Part shown: in pieces, positions 29,308 through 38,762 of the stretch
How the letters are laid out: each line of letters starts with the position of its first letter
Numbering within the stretch: the first letter of the stretch is position 1
Virus record (IMG/VR): IMGVR_UViG_3300009130_001605
Coordinates: 1-64,000 of that record
DNA from: a virus
DNA: 64,000 bases
Strand: one strand, 5' to 3'
Notes under the pieces: generated by a model
Databases searched by the model: none
The model's input: the letters and a program-made list of their open reading frames with translations, nothing else
What the model was told of the DNA's origin: nothing
Position numbers and translations under genes: made by a program

Positions 29308-32286
29308 TTACACTTCTAATAATTGAGCTGTTTTTGTTGCAACATCGTAAACAATTTTACCAACATCATCTCCAGTTGAATAATTATTGTTAGTTATGGT
29401 TGTTTGTATAATTTTCTTGTCTACCAATATTCCAGTTGGGTTAATGAAGTTATGTCCATTTCTAACAATTTCACCACCTAAATATGTTTCCATCTCAATG
29501 GATATGTTACCAGAATTTATCGTTTGGAATAATGCTCTCAACCTGATTTCAAAAGATACTTCAAGAGGGAAGTCGTTTTCTAACTGTAAAAAGTTTATTT
29601 TAACTGATTCAGTTCCTGTTACCTCTGAGTTATCTGTACCCCATGTTAAGAATGGCTCTCCTGTTGACAGCGGACCAACAGTTGTAGGTCCTTCACTCCA
29701 ACCTACTTCATCGCCATCTATACTGACATTTCCAGTGTTAACAATTGCAGTTTTTGTATCAAGGTCATTACCTCCTTCTGAAGTCCACTTATACCTAATT
29801 ACAGCAAAATCGAATGGATCAAAATCGAATTGATCACTCGAAGTGTTTGGGTAAATCTCAGAGGTTAAACTTATCGGATTTAACACAGAATCAAGTTTTG
29901 TTGGCATATTACTAATTACTTGTATAGGGTTTAGTTGCATGCCAACTCTAGGTGTCAAATACCCCTTAACTTCAATAATATTTAAATCTGCCTTGTTGTT
30001 ATCGTTTGTATCTGCTGTTGGTATAACTGGGTACAATTGTGGATCTAATGGCGGTATATAATCAGCCTGGAATTCAGAACCATCATTTATACCTTCTTTA
30101 TAGACAAACTTTTGCCTATTAAACAATGTGTTTCTGTATTCCGTACCTGTACCTTGGAAAATTGTTGTAGCAGGAATGAGTTGCAAGAAATAATCTTGAA
30201 ACTGCACCTCCAATAGTTCAATAAAAAACTCTAGACTTCTAAAGGTTAATCTGTTTGACCTTGGGCTATCGCCATAATAATATGTTAAATATAATTTTTT
30301 AAGATTTTGATACCAAAAGCTTGTGTGTTCTTGGTCTACCGTTTTTCTAGTTCTTGGATCTGTTGAGTTTGCATAGACATGTTCTGCAAATTCATTAAAT
30401 GTCATTCCAGAAATAACTCCATAGTCGATTACGTCACAAAATTCGTAAATATGTTCAAACGGAACTGTTAATGCACTAAATGAGAATGTTGTAGAAGTTG
30501 TACCCCACACCCAACAAGTGCCTGTTGATTGAAGCCAGTGCATTACATCACACTCAATTGCTGCAGCTGGGCTTATACTAACGTCCAATTCTTTTGTATT
30601 CAGAATGTGCTCCGTCCCAAAGTAATTTGTGTCACCAGTTTGAACTTTAATGTTATCAGCTCTCTTAATTGGATCAAATTCTGGTCTCCATTGGTTTATA
30701 TATGCTTGACCGTCACCTCTTCCTGGTCCACCTTCTTGAAATATATAAGAACTTGCATCGTAATTTATATATCCGTTTTCATTTATTTTTTTAGGACCAC
30801 CTTCAATTACAGAATCACTTATCTGAATAAAATCCGTTTGCCCTTCTGATGGGGCAAAATCACCAGTAAGACCTTCTGTAGAATCTGAAACAACTTTTTT
30901 AATATCATAAACAAATTCGTTTAGGTTGATAAGGCATTCAGGAGCACCAATTAGTTTAAATACAAACTGTAATGCATCTCTTGTACCTTTTTTCTTAAAC
31001 AGCCAAATAATATTGATTAATATTCTTTTCCATATCTCAACATTTACTTCAGCTAGTGTTGTTTTGTCCCCTTCTACATCTCCAACCAAATATTCAAACA
31101 AATCGGTTTCATTAAAAGATGATGACAATTCCCAACCTAAAAGATTACTTAATTTGTGTAAAAACTTGTTAGGCAAACTTTCTTCCTCTGAGTAGTTTAC
31201 GGTATGTGCGAATGCAATAGAGTCAATAAACTGTTTGATGTCATCAAACTGCTTAGAGTAAGTCTCTACCAAACTCCTATAATCACCTTCGTCACTATCT
31301 TGTTCCAAAAAGTTCTCAGGAACCATTGTCCTAAGCATTATACCCGTTTTACTATCATCAACTAATTGAGCAGCATTTAATATGTCTTCTAGGTAAAGTG
31401 TGAAATCACCACCTTGATTATCAGGGTTGAATCCATCAATTGATCTAGGCCATGGGAATTGCAAGAGGTTTTCTGTGTCTGGTTCTTCTGCACTTGGTAT
31501 TAAAAACTCCCCTTCCAATACCAATTGTTTTTGAAGCCTTGTCATTCTGCTTAAAAACAAGTTATGCCTTATCTTTGTAGGTCTTACATAAATAGCATTT
31601 GCATAACTACTCGCTGTTACAGAGCTGTCAAACAATAGTCCTCCAATTCTGAAATTCATGTAAGAAGTTCCAGCGGAAGTTGCAAAAGGTGTGAAACTAT
31701 AATCTATTATTTCATGTATAGTTTCGTTTCCGAATAACTGAATAGCAAATTCACTTGTATCATTTACAAGAGTTGGGTTTGTTGACGTACCTGAGTTTAC
31801 AACAACTTCGCCCTGATTTGTTGCAGATGTGTAAGGAATGGAAAACGAAGATTCAAATGTTGAACCAACTTTTTCAGTTGTGTAGTTTACTATTGTACTA
31901 CCAGTCCCATTGTCATAAGATAAAACAGCATAAGGAAAGTTTTCATTTACATCGTTTATTCCTTGTGCAACAGATGTGTAAAAAGAACTAAAGTAAGCGT
32001 AACTTAATGGGTCTGTTTTTTTAAAATTTAACTCCCTGTTATCAACAGAAAAAGAAAGCTCTGGCTCAAAAGTGCTAACATTTAAACTCTCTAATGTACC
32101 ATAACTGTCGAATGACAGATGTCTACTGTCAGCCGATAAACTATCGGAATCCGTATTTCTTTGGACTCTAAATGAACCGAATGTAAACAAAGATTCTGAC
32201 TTGCTTGTAGATATTCTTGTGTCTTCACCAGGTTTTTGAAAAACCGATAAGGTTTGACCGCTGTCTATTTTGACTAAATCTGCCAT
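29308..32286 (-). CDS. baseplate wedge initiator/tail protein (gp7/gpI-like) with an appended C-terminal domain
   Basis: LPNKFLHKLSNLLGW and LFKKKGTRDALQFVFKLIG motifs; late motif at 32304-32311. Confidence 0.7.
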   Translation of the reverse strand: MADLVKIDSGQTLSVFQKPGEDTRISTSKSESLFTFGSFRVQRNTDSDSLSADSRHLSFDSYGTLESLNVSTFEPELSFSVDNRELNFKKTDPLSYAYFSSFYTSVAQGINDVNENFPYAVLSYDNGTGSTIVNYTTEKVGSTFESSFSIPYTSATNQGEVVVNSGTSTNPTLVNDTSEFAIQLFGNETIHEIIDYSFTPFATSAGTSYMNFRIGGLLFDSSVTASSYANAIYVRPTKIRHNLFLSRMTRLQKQLVLEGEFLIPSAEEPDTENLLQFPWPRSIDGFNPDNQGGDFTLYLEDILNAAQLVDDSKTGIMLRTMVPENFLEQDSDEGDYRSLVETYSKQFDDIKQFIDSIAFAHTVNYSEEESLPNKFLHKLSNLLGWELSSSFNETDLFEYLVGDVEGDKTTLAEVNVEIWKRILINIIWLFKKKGTRDALQFVFKLIGAPECLINLNEFVYDIKKVVSDSTEGLTGDFAPSEGQTDFIQISDSVIEGGPKKINENGYINYDASSYIFQEGGPGRGDGQAYINQWRPEFDPIKRADNIKVQTGDTNYFGTEHILNTKELDVSISPAAAIECDVMHWLQSTGTCWVWGTTSTTFSFSALTVPFEHIYEFCDVIDYGVISGMTFNEFAEHVYANSTDPRTRKTVDQEHTSFWYQNLKKLYLTYYYGDSPRSNRLTFRSLEFFIELLEVQFQDYFLQLIPATTIFQGTGTEYRNTLFNRQKFVYKEGINDGSEFQADYIPPLDPQLYPVIPTADTNDNNKADLNIIEVKGYLTPRVGMQLNPIQVISNMPTKLDSVLNPISLTSEIYPNTSSDQFDFDPFDFAVIRYKWTSEGGNDLDTKTAIVNTGNVSIDGDEVGWSEGPTTVGPLSTGEPFLTWGTDNSEVTGTESVKINFLQLENDFPLEVSFEIRLRALFQTINSGNISIEMETYLGGEIVRNGHNFINPTGILVDKKIIQTTITNNNYSTGDDVGKIVYDVATKTAQLLEV

Positions 32287-32412
32287 TAATGGAGTGTTTT
32301 TATTATAAATATCACTTAAAAAGAATTCAAATTAAATAGTAGGGATAAAAAAGTTTTTAGGAAATATTTATTTTAAAAAAATAACTGTTTACATTCCATT
32401 AGTTTAAAATAA

Positions 32413-32604
32413 GAAAAAAGAAGTAAACTATCATCAAAACCAATAATACAAATGAATATAGATGGATCTATAATAAAAGAGTGGGAAAGTGCAAAAAAAG
32501 CATCAGATTTCTTGTATATAAATAAGAACACAATAGTCAGGTGTTGCAGGGGTGAACAGAAAAAAGGTGCTGGTTTTATTTGGAAATTTAAAAACAAAAA
32601 ATAA
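32413..32604 (+). pseudogene. NUMOD1 DNA-binding domain remnant of a homing endonuclease
   Basis: SKPIIQMNIDGSIIKEWESAKKASDFLYINKNTIVRCCRGEQKKGAGFIWKFK*, preceded by an in-frame TAA at 32410; no nuclease domain. Confidence 0.75.
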
Positions 32605-34664
32605 TGAGTGGATTTTTACCTAATGAGCCTAGTGTTTTTATTAATATAAAATTGACCGACACAGGAAGACGCTTACTTTCTCTTGGAAGGCTTACATTCG
32701 ATAAAGCAGCTCTGTCTGACAGGGAAATCAACTACGGCTTTGATAGGCAGGCTGTTGGTGGTTATGATATGCAAAACAATAGGGTTTTAGCACCTAAAGA
32801 TGATCATCCTACTTTCTCTAATTTTGATGGGAGTGACTTTATACCTTTAGGTCCAGCAAGAGTTCATTCTGCTAAGCAAATTGTTTCAGCTTTAACCGAT
32901 TCTGTTGGGTTCTTCACAGGAGACACTAAATCAGGTTTTGGGCTTGATGTTTCGAAAGCAATAACAACAGTAAATATTACATACTCTTCATCTACATCTT
33001 TACCTAACGGAACAAATGTTGTTGGTTATGATGCTGGGTCGGAACTGGGTGGAATTGCTCCAGTTGCAGGTAACTTGATTTACATCCCATGGGAACCGAT
33101 ACAAAACAGTGGGAACACGTTTAATTCAAGTTCTTATGATTTAAACCCAACAAATGCAACAAACGCTCTTTGGTATAGAATAAGTGATGTAACATCTAAT
33201 ATGATGTCTAGTTGTTTAACTTTAGATAGACCAGTTCCTAATTTCGGAACATCTACAACAGACCAAACAATTAGAGCTTACGTTTATCCTTATAACGGAG
33301 TAGAGGATTACTATGGTTCAGCATCAACGGTAAATGTTGGCGTTTGGAACATGAATATTGTTAGAACAAGTGATGTGATTGGAACTGAGTCTACAGGTAG
33401 TGGGTATACAACTTATGGATCAGTTGAGTATAATGGAATGAAAAACTATTTAGGGTTTTCTTCTGAAACTAAATCATTCGGTGTTGTTCATTTTACAAAC
33501 GAGCATACAGGAAATACTTACGCAGAACAATTTGTTGAAAAAACTATTGAGTTAAACCTACCAAATGTAATGTGGCATAAAACAAGTGCCAACGTTGGTC
33601 AAGGAATGGCTCAAGGTCTTACTTTATATGATGTTGCTGGTATAACTTACATTGACTCAGCAAACAATTCAACATACAGAGAGTTAAGGGATGGTAGTTC
33701 AACTGACAACGTTGTTGTTGGTAGAGTGTATCATAAACTTAAAATAATTGTAATTACAGACCCTGAATTACTTACAGCTCTTAGTTATAAGTCAAATAGG
33801 AATTACACAATTCCTAAGCCTCAATTAACACTTCAATCTTCACCAAAGTATCCACTAACATATAATGATGCAACAGGTCTCTGCAATAGTGGTAGCACTT
33901 ATTATGTTACTTATAATTTGGAGTCTGGTTCTGAATATTCACCAAACTCTAGTTTTGGTTATCCAGAAACAATGCCTGGTGCATACGTTTCAAAGGTTGC
34001 AGGAGAATATGATGCAAACGGAAATCCAACATTCTTGTCAATAAACTTCCCTCCAACATCATTCCCTTTTATGAGGTCTGATGTAAACATGGATCCAACG
34101 GGATCTTTCTCTGGAACAGGATGGAATGCAAATAAGATACAAATAATGGTGAACGAAGTTGCAAACACTAGTTCATTGGATTATGACACCATACCAGAAT
34201 ATGGTTGGGTAAAAGTCTCTAACGTAGTAGGTAATGGTATTTACACAGGAGAAACTGGAGAAACTTCAATCAACCCACTTCAATTACAAGCTTATCAATT
34301 TGTTATCTCAAGAGAAGATTATGAATCAGGTACAACTTATTCGTTGGGAACAGGGTTTACAGAAAACATGGATTCAGGTAGTAATGGGTTAACATTCGGT
34401 GATGAATCTTTCTTCTTTGGATCATTGAAGACAGGTATTGCTGCAACATCATTTAAAACATCTATTACGATACCTGTTTCAAATAATGGATTTAACTCAT
34501 CTAACAACCCAACATTTGATAGCGATTTAGATCACAACACATATATCACCGAATTTGGTGTATTTAATGCAGAAAATGAATTGGTAGGAATTGCCAAGCC
34601 AACTTATCCATTGAAAAAGAACAATGGAAAACTCTTGGCACTTAAATTAGAATACGACTTTTAA
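32604..34664 (+). CDS. baseplate/fibre-attachment structural protein
   Basis: N-terminal KLTDTGRRLL and C-terminal YITEFGVFNAENELVGIAKPTYPLKK (tail-collar/gpH-N-like halves). Confidence 0.7.
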   Translation: MSGFLPNEPSVFINIKLTDTGRRLLSLGRLTFDKAALSDREINYGFDRQAVGGYDMQNNRVLAPKDDHPTFSNFDGSDFIPLGPARVHSAKQIVSALTDSVGFFTGDTKSGFGLDVSKAITTVNITYSSSTSLPNGTNVVGYDAGSELGGIAPVAGNLIYIPWEPIQNSGNTFNSSSYDLNPTNATNALWYRISDVTSNMMSSCLTLDRPVPNFGTSTTDQTIRAYVYPYNGVEDYYGSASTVNVGVWNMNIVRTSDVIGTESTGSGYTTYGSVEYNGMKNYLGFSSETKSFGVVHFTNEHTGNTYAEQFVEKTIELNLPNVMWHKTSANVGQGMAQGLTLYDVAGITYIDSANNSTYRELRDGSSTDNVVVGRVYHKLKIIVITDPELLTALSYKSNRNYTIPKPQLTLQSSPKYPLTYNDATGLCNSGSTYYVTYNLESGSEYSPNSSFGYPETMPGAYVSKVAGEYDANGNPTFLSINFPPTSFPFMRSDVNMDPTGSFSGTGWNANKIQIMVNEVANTSSLDYDTIPEYGWVKVSNVVGNGIYTGETGETSINPLQLQAYQFVISREDYESGTTYSLGTGFTENMDSGSNGLTFGDESFFFGSLKTGIAATSFKTSITIPVSNNGFNSSNNPTFDSDLDHNTYITEFGVFNAENELVGIAKPTYPLKKNNGKLLALKLEYDF

Positions 34665-34681
34665 ATAAAAAAAACATAAAA

Positions 34682-35053
34682 ATGGGAAAAATACCTTCAG
34701 CATCAACACTTTCATCTATCGCTTACTTAACTGAAAGTGGTAGAAGATATCTTTACGGAAAAGATAACGATGGAAACCAAATTAGATTCAATGACGATGG
34801 AAGTGACAATTTTGAAATTGTTAGTTTTGCATTATTTGATGGAGATAGAAATTACAAAGTTGCCACAAACTTTAGTACTGGTGAAATGCCAGATATTGCA
34901 GGAACTACAGATAAAACTTGTTTAAAGACAGCTGCTGATATAAGTAGAAAAAACTCTATTGTATATGCAGGAACCATTGTTAACACTGTTGCTGACACTT
35001 TCTTTTACCAAGCAAGTTCTGAATCAGTAGAAATAGACATTGATAGTTTATAA
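34682..35053 (+). CDS. structural protein, paralog family A (AYLTExGR)
   Basis: Shares its N-terminus with 37816 and 38763. Confidence 0.7.
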   Translation: MGKIPSASTLSSIAYLTESGRRYLYGKDNDGNQIRFNDDGSDNFEIVSFALFDGDRNYKVATNFSTGEMPDIAGTTDKTCLKTAADISRKNSIVYAGTIVNTVADTFFYQASSESVEIDIDSL

Positions 35054-35069
35054 TCATTAAAAAACAAAA

Positions 35070-36176
35070 ATGAACGAATTTAAAAAATTAACTGAGGACC
35101 CTGTTAGTACAAGACAAGAAACTCAGACATCAAGAGCAATAAACGGTAGTGAACTAACTTACACTTTGTGTGATAGAACTGATCTAAACAGTAGTACAAC
35201 GAATTATTTTGTAAGTTTCAATTTACCTTACACATCTACTGATTTCCCTACTACTTCTCAACTTTCTTTGTCAAAGCCAGAGTTGCAACAGTTAAATGTT
35301 GACAAAATGGTAATAACTCCGATTGCCAAAGAAAATTATAACGAAATTTTAGACGGTAGATCGATTACTTTTACAGTTCCTCAAACAGGTGCTGGGAGTA
35401 TGTCTGCAAAAACAGTTGTATCTTCTACTTATTCTAGTCTTGATAAGAAAAGTACAAATGAATTGTTAGGATCAAACATTGCCTTTTTGTTCTCAGATGA
35501 TGTTAACTTGCCTTACAGTGGTACAACTGGTGACGGATCTTTTGATAACTCATCAAATTCGACTTGGAATACCACTTCTTCTTTTGCTAACAGGCCTGCA
35601 GCGGTTTCATTCAGCAATATGGGTCAAAATGATTACTCTACAGATGGGAGGGATTTTGCTACTGATGTTAATTTGGCTGTTACAGTTGACGAAGGTTATC
35701 CTTTACCAACTTTGAGAGGTTATAACTACGACATCCCTGTTGGATTTGTTGCATTAGATAAAGGGTGGATGATTCTTACTCACCCAAATATTGTTGACAA
35801 CATACCTTATAACGAAGGGTTTAAGTTGTCAGATGGGTCTTTGAACACAGGTCCTACTTCAGCAACAACAGATATTTACTTTACAGATAACACTGTCTCT
35901 CAATTAAGTTTTGTTGATATTAATATAGAATATAAAACTTCTGTTATTGCATTAGTGTTTCCAACAGAATTCTTCTTTACAACGAACAAGTCTTGGGATT
36001 TGGAGAAAAATTATCAAGAACAACAAAATGGGACTTTTGGTTATGATGCTGTTTCAATTTCAGAAATAGCACTTTATAATGCAAAGGGAGAAATTATTGC
36101 CATATCTAAACTTGATAGACCGTTAGAAAAACAATATAACGATTTAGTTACTTTTAACTTAGACATTAACATTTAA
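35070..36176 (+). CDS. structural protein, paralog family B (ISEIALYN..KLDRPL)
   Basis: Full-length paralog of 36699..37811. Confidence 0.75.
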   Translation: MNEFKKLTEDPVSTRQETQTSRAINGSELTYTLCDRTDLNSSTTNYFVSFNLPYTSTDFPTTSQLSLSKPELQQLNVDKMVITPIAKENYNEILDGRSITFTVPQTGAGSMSAKTVVSSTYSSLDKKSTNELLGSNIAFLFSDDVNLPYSGTTGDGSFDNSSNSTWNTTSSFANRPAAVSFSNMGQNDYSTDGRDFATDVNLAVTVDEGYPLPTLRGYNYDIPVGFVALDKGWMILTHPNIVDNIPYNEGFKLSDGSLNTGPTSATTDIYFTDNTVSQLSFVDINIEYKTSVIALVFPTEFFFTTNKSWDLEKNYQEQQNGTFGYDAVSISEIALYNAKGEIIAISKLDRPLEKQYNDLVTFNLDINI

Positions 36177-36186
36177 AAATAAAATT

Positions 36187-36693
36187 ATGGCAACATTTAC
36201 AGATAGTGAATATACACCATCATACGCTTTCGCTTCGGTTAACCTAAATACAGTTATAGATGGAGTAACAATGGACCCAAAAGAGGTTTATCAGTGTCAA
36301 ATATCAGTCACAACAGCAGACAATACTCCTGCGTTTGTTGGAGATATAGGCAATTCATCTTTACCATATAATTATTACCAATTAGGTTCTGTTAATGGTA
36401 GATCTTATTATTTAGGAATTGGGGGTATAACAAGGAGTCAACAAAATGTTATTCATTTTTTACCCCTTGGATATAACAGTACATTCCCTGGTTATATAGC
36501 ACCTTTGTCAGCTAATGAATTAACTGATTGGAAGACAGCTTGTAAAAATTGGATCATAAGCACAACTGGGTCTGAAAATGCAACAGTTGGAACAAATATC
36601 GCTCAAACAATAACTGTAAGTTTTTATGGTGTTGAGACAAATAGAGAAGAAGAAGCTGGGTCATTCCAGTTTACATTAAAAACAACAGTATAA
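36187..36693 (+). CDS. hypothetical structural protein
   Basis: ORF between the family-B paralogs. Confidence 0.7.
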   Translation: MATFTDSEYTPSYAFASVNLNTVIDGVTMDPKEVYQCQISVTTADNTPAFVGDIGNSSLPYNYYQLGSVNGRSYYLGIGGITRSQQNVIHFLPLGYNSTFPGYIAPLSANELTDWKTACKNWIISTTGSENATVGTNIAQTITVSFYGVETNREEEAGSFQFTLKTTV

Positions 36694-36698
36694 AATAA

Positions 36699-37811
36699 AT
36701 GACACAATTCACTAAACAAGTCGTAGACCCTATAAGCACAAAGCAGGAGATTCATACATTAACGGTGGCTAATGGAAGTGGATTGACGTACACTTTTTGT
36801 GATAGAACAGACTTAGCTTCTAAGGAGGCAAATTATTTCATAAGCTTCAATTTACCTTATGAATTTGATGCTTTCCCTTTGACGGACACTGTCGCTCTTC
36901 AAAAGCCAGAGTTGCAACAATTAAACGTTGACCAAATGGTTATTGTAGATATTGATGGTCAATACTATAACGAACTTATAGATGGTAGATCGGTTAACTT
37001 TACTGTACCTCAAACAAGTAATGGTGGTGCCTCTATTTCCGCAAAGACAGTTGTTTCAACAACGTATACAACTTTGGAAAAAAACACAAATGATCAATTC
37101 TTGGGAACAAACATTGCTTATTTATTTTCCGATGATGTTAATTTACCATATACAGGAACAACGACCCTTACAGACAAGTCTTCTGTGACTTCTTGGATAA
37201 ATCCAGACAACGATAGTATCATGGCTGTGCCAGTTGCTACTTCTTATACTGAATTAGATTTAAGTTCTAACGTAAACACAGATCAAAGACCTTTTTCTGA
37301 TGTGAGTTATGCAGTTGATGTTGGTGTTCATTATCCTGGAACTTCAAACCTTGGATACAACTATGATATTCCAGTAGGATTCGTGGCTCTTGATAAAGGT
37401 TATTTAGTACTAACTCATCCTGACATTGTAAATAACATTCCTTTTTCACAAGGTGTTAAAAGACATAGTAATTTACCAAACACAGGATCAACTTCAGCAA
37501 CAACAGACATATATTTTTCAAACACGAGCACTTCTGCTGCTAGGTTTGTCGATATTGATATTAATTACACAACTTCAATTATTTGTATCATTATGCCTAA
37601 GGAGTTTTACAAAACTACAAATCCAAGTTATGACACAATTAGGGCAGCTGAAGAAGAAGCTGCTGGAACAAATGGTATGGAACCTGTCTACATTTCTGAG
37701 ATCGCATTACATAACACAAATAATGAAGTTATTGCTTTTGCAAAATTGGATAGACCATTAAAAAAGACCTATAGTGATTTCGTTAGTTTCACAGTAGACA
37801 TAAAATCATAA
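36699..37811 (+). CDS. structural protein, paralog family B
   Basis: KPELQQLNVD, GYNYDIPVGFVALDKG and KLDRPL shared with 35070. Confidence 0.75.
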   Translation: MTQFTKQVVDPISTKQEIHTLTVANGSGLTYTFCDRTDLASKEANYFISFNLPYEFDAFPLTDTVALQKPELQQLNVDQMVIVDIDGQYYNELIDGRSVNFTVPQTSNGGASISAKTVVSTTYTTLEKNTNDQFLGTNIAYLFSDDVNLPYTGTTTLTDKSSVTSWINPDNDSIMAVPVATSYTELDLSSNVNTDQRPFSDVSYAVDVGVHYPGTSNLGYNYDIPVGFVALDKGYLVLTHPDIVNNIPFSQGVKRHSNLPNTGSTSATTDIYFSNTSTSAARFVDIDINYTTSIICIIMPKEFYKTTNPSYDTIRAAEEEAAGTNGMEPVYISEIALHNTNNEVIAFAKLDRPLKKTYSDFVSFTVDIKS

Positions 37812-37815
37812 AAAA

Positions 37816-38700
37816 ATGGCAAGATTAGAGTCAGCATCAACAATATATGTTCAAGCCTACCTTACAAGTAAGGGTAGAGAATATTTTTCTGGATTTAATT
37901 TAGATGGTGAAAACGCTAGGTTTGATGGTGATATCGATTTGTTTCAAGCAAAAACTTTTTCTTTGTATGATACCGATGTTAATTATAAAACCACACAGCC
38001 ATTAGAATCTGGTGATGTTCCAGATATATCTGGATCAGACGGATGTTTAATGACATCTGCATACCAACTTAGAAAACATTTTTTAACAAATGGTGTAAAT
38101 GTAGAAGAAATACCATTTGATTTTGCTGTTATTAGATATTCTTGGGAAGCAGTTGGCTATCAAACTGATGTGGATACTAGAACTGCAATTTTGGGTACAG
38201 GATCAGATGCTGTTGACATGGTAGATGTTGGTTATGATAGAGGTACTCAAGTTAACATGACTTACCCAAACCCTGTTGGTGGAGTAGAAAGATATGTTGG
38301 ACCATCTGAAGATGAATATTATTTAAAATGGGGTAGGGACAATGCAAGTGCAAGTGTTGGAGGTAAATATACAGAAAGTGTTCTTGTTGATTTTAATAGA
38401 CTTATAGAAGACTTTGGTACCGTTGAAGAATTTCAAGTTAGACTAAGATCTTATTGGGTTAGTAGCATTGCTATTAGTGGGCCATTGACAGTTGAATTAA
38501 CCACTTATACAGGTGGTGAAATGGTTTATGATTCATATACATTTAATTACTTTAATGAAGGTGGCGTAGAATCTTTTACAACAAGTTTTGATACCGTTTT
38601 AAATCATTATGTAGTAAATGGGAATGAAAATGGTAGTGATGTTGGATTAATAAGTTTTAATGCAGCAACAAGAACTGCTAGTTTAATAAAAGTTGAATAA
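37816..38700 (+). CDS. structural protein, family A N-terminus plus a C-terminal domain shared with the gp7-like protein
   Basis: AYLTSKGREY; FDFAVIRYSW..DVDTRTAI. Confidence 0.7.
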   Translation: MARLESASTIYVQAYLTSKGREYFSGFNLDGENARFDGDIDLFQAKTFSLYDTDVNYKTTQPLESGDVPDISGSDGCLMTSAYQLRKHFLTNGVNVEEIPFDFAVIRYSWEAVGYQTDVDTRTAILGTGSDAVDMVDVGYDRGTQVNMTYPNPVGGVERYVGPSEDEYYLKWGRDNASASVGGKYTESVLVDFNRLIEDFGTVEEFQVRLRSYWVSSIAISGPLTVELTTYTGGEMVYDSYTFNYFNEGGVESFTTSFDTVLNHYVVNGNENGSDVGLISFNAATRTASLIKVE

Positions 38701-38762
38701 AAACAATTACATCATTTATAAAGTTTAAAATTTTTAATAATATTATTTATTAATAAAACACT

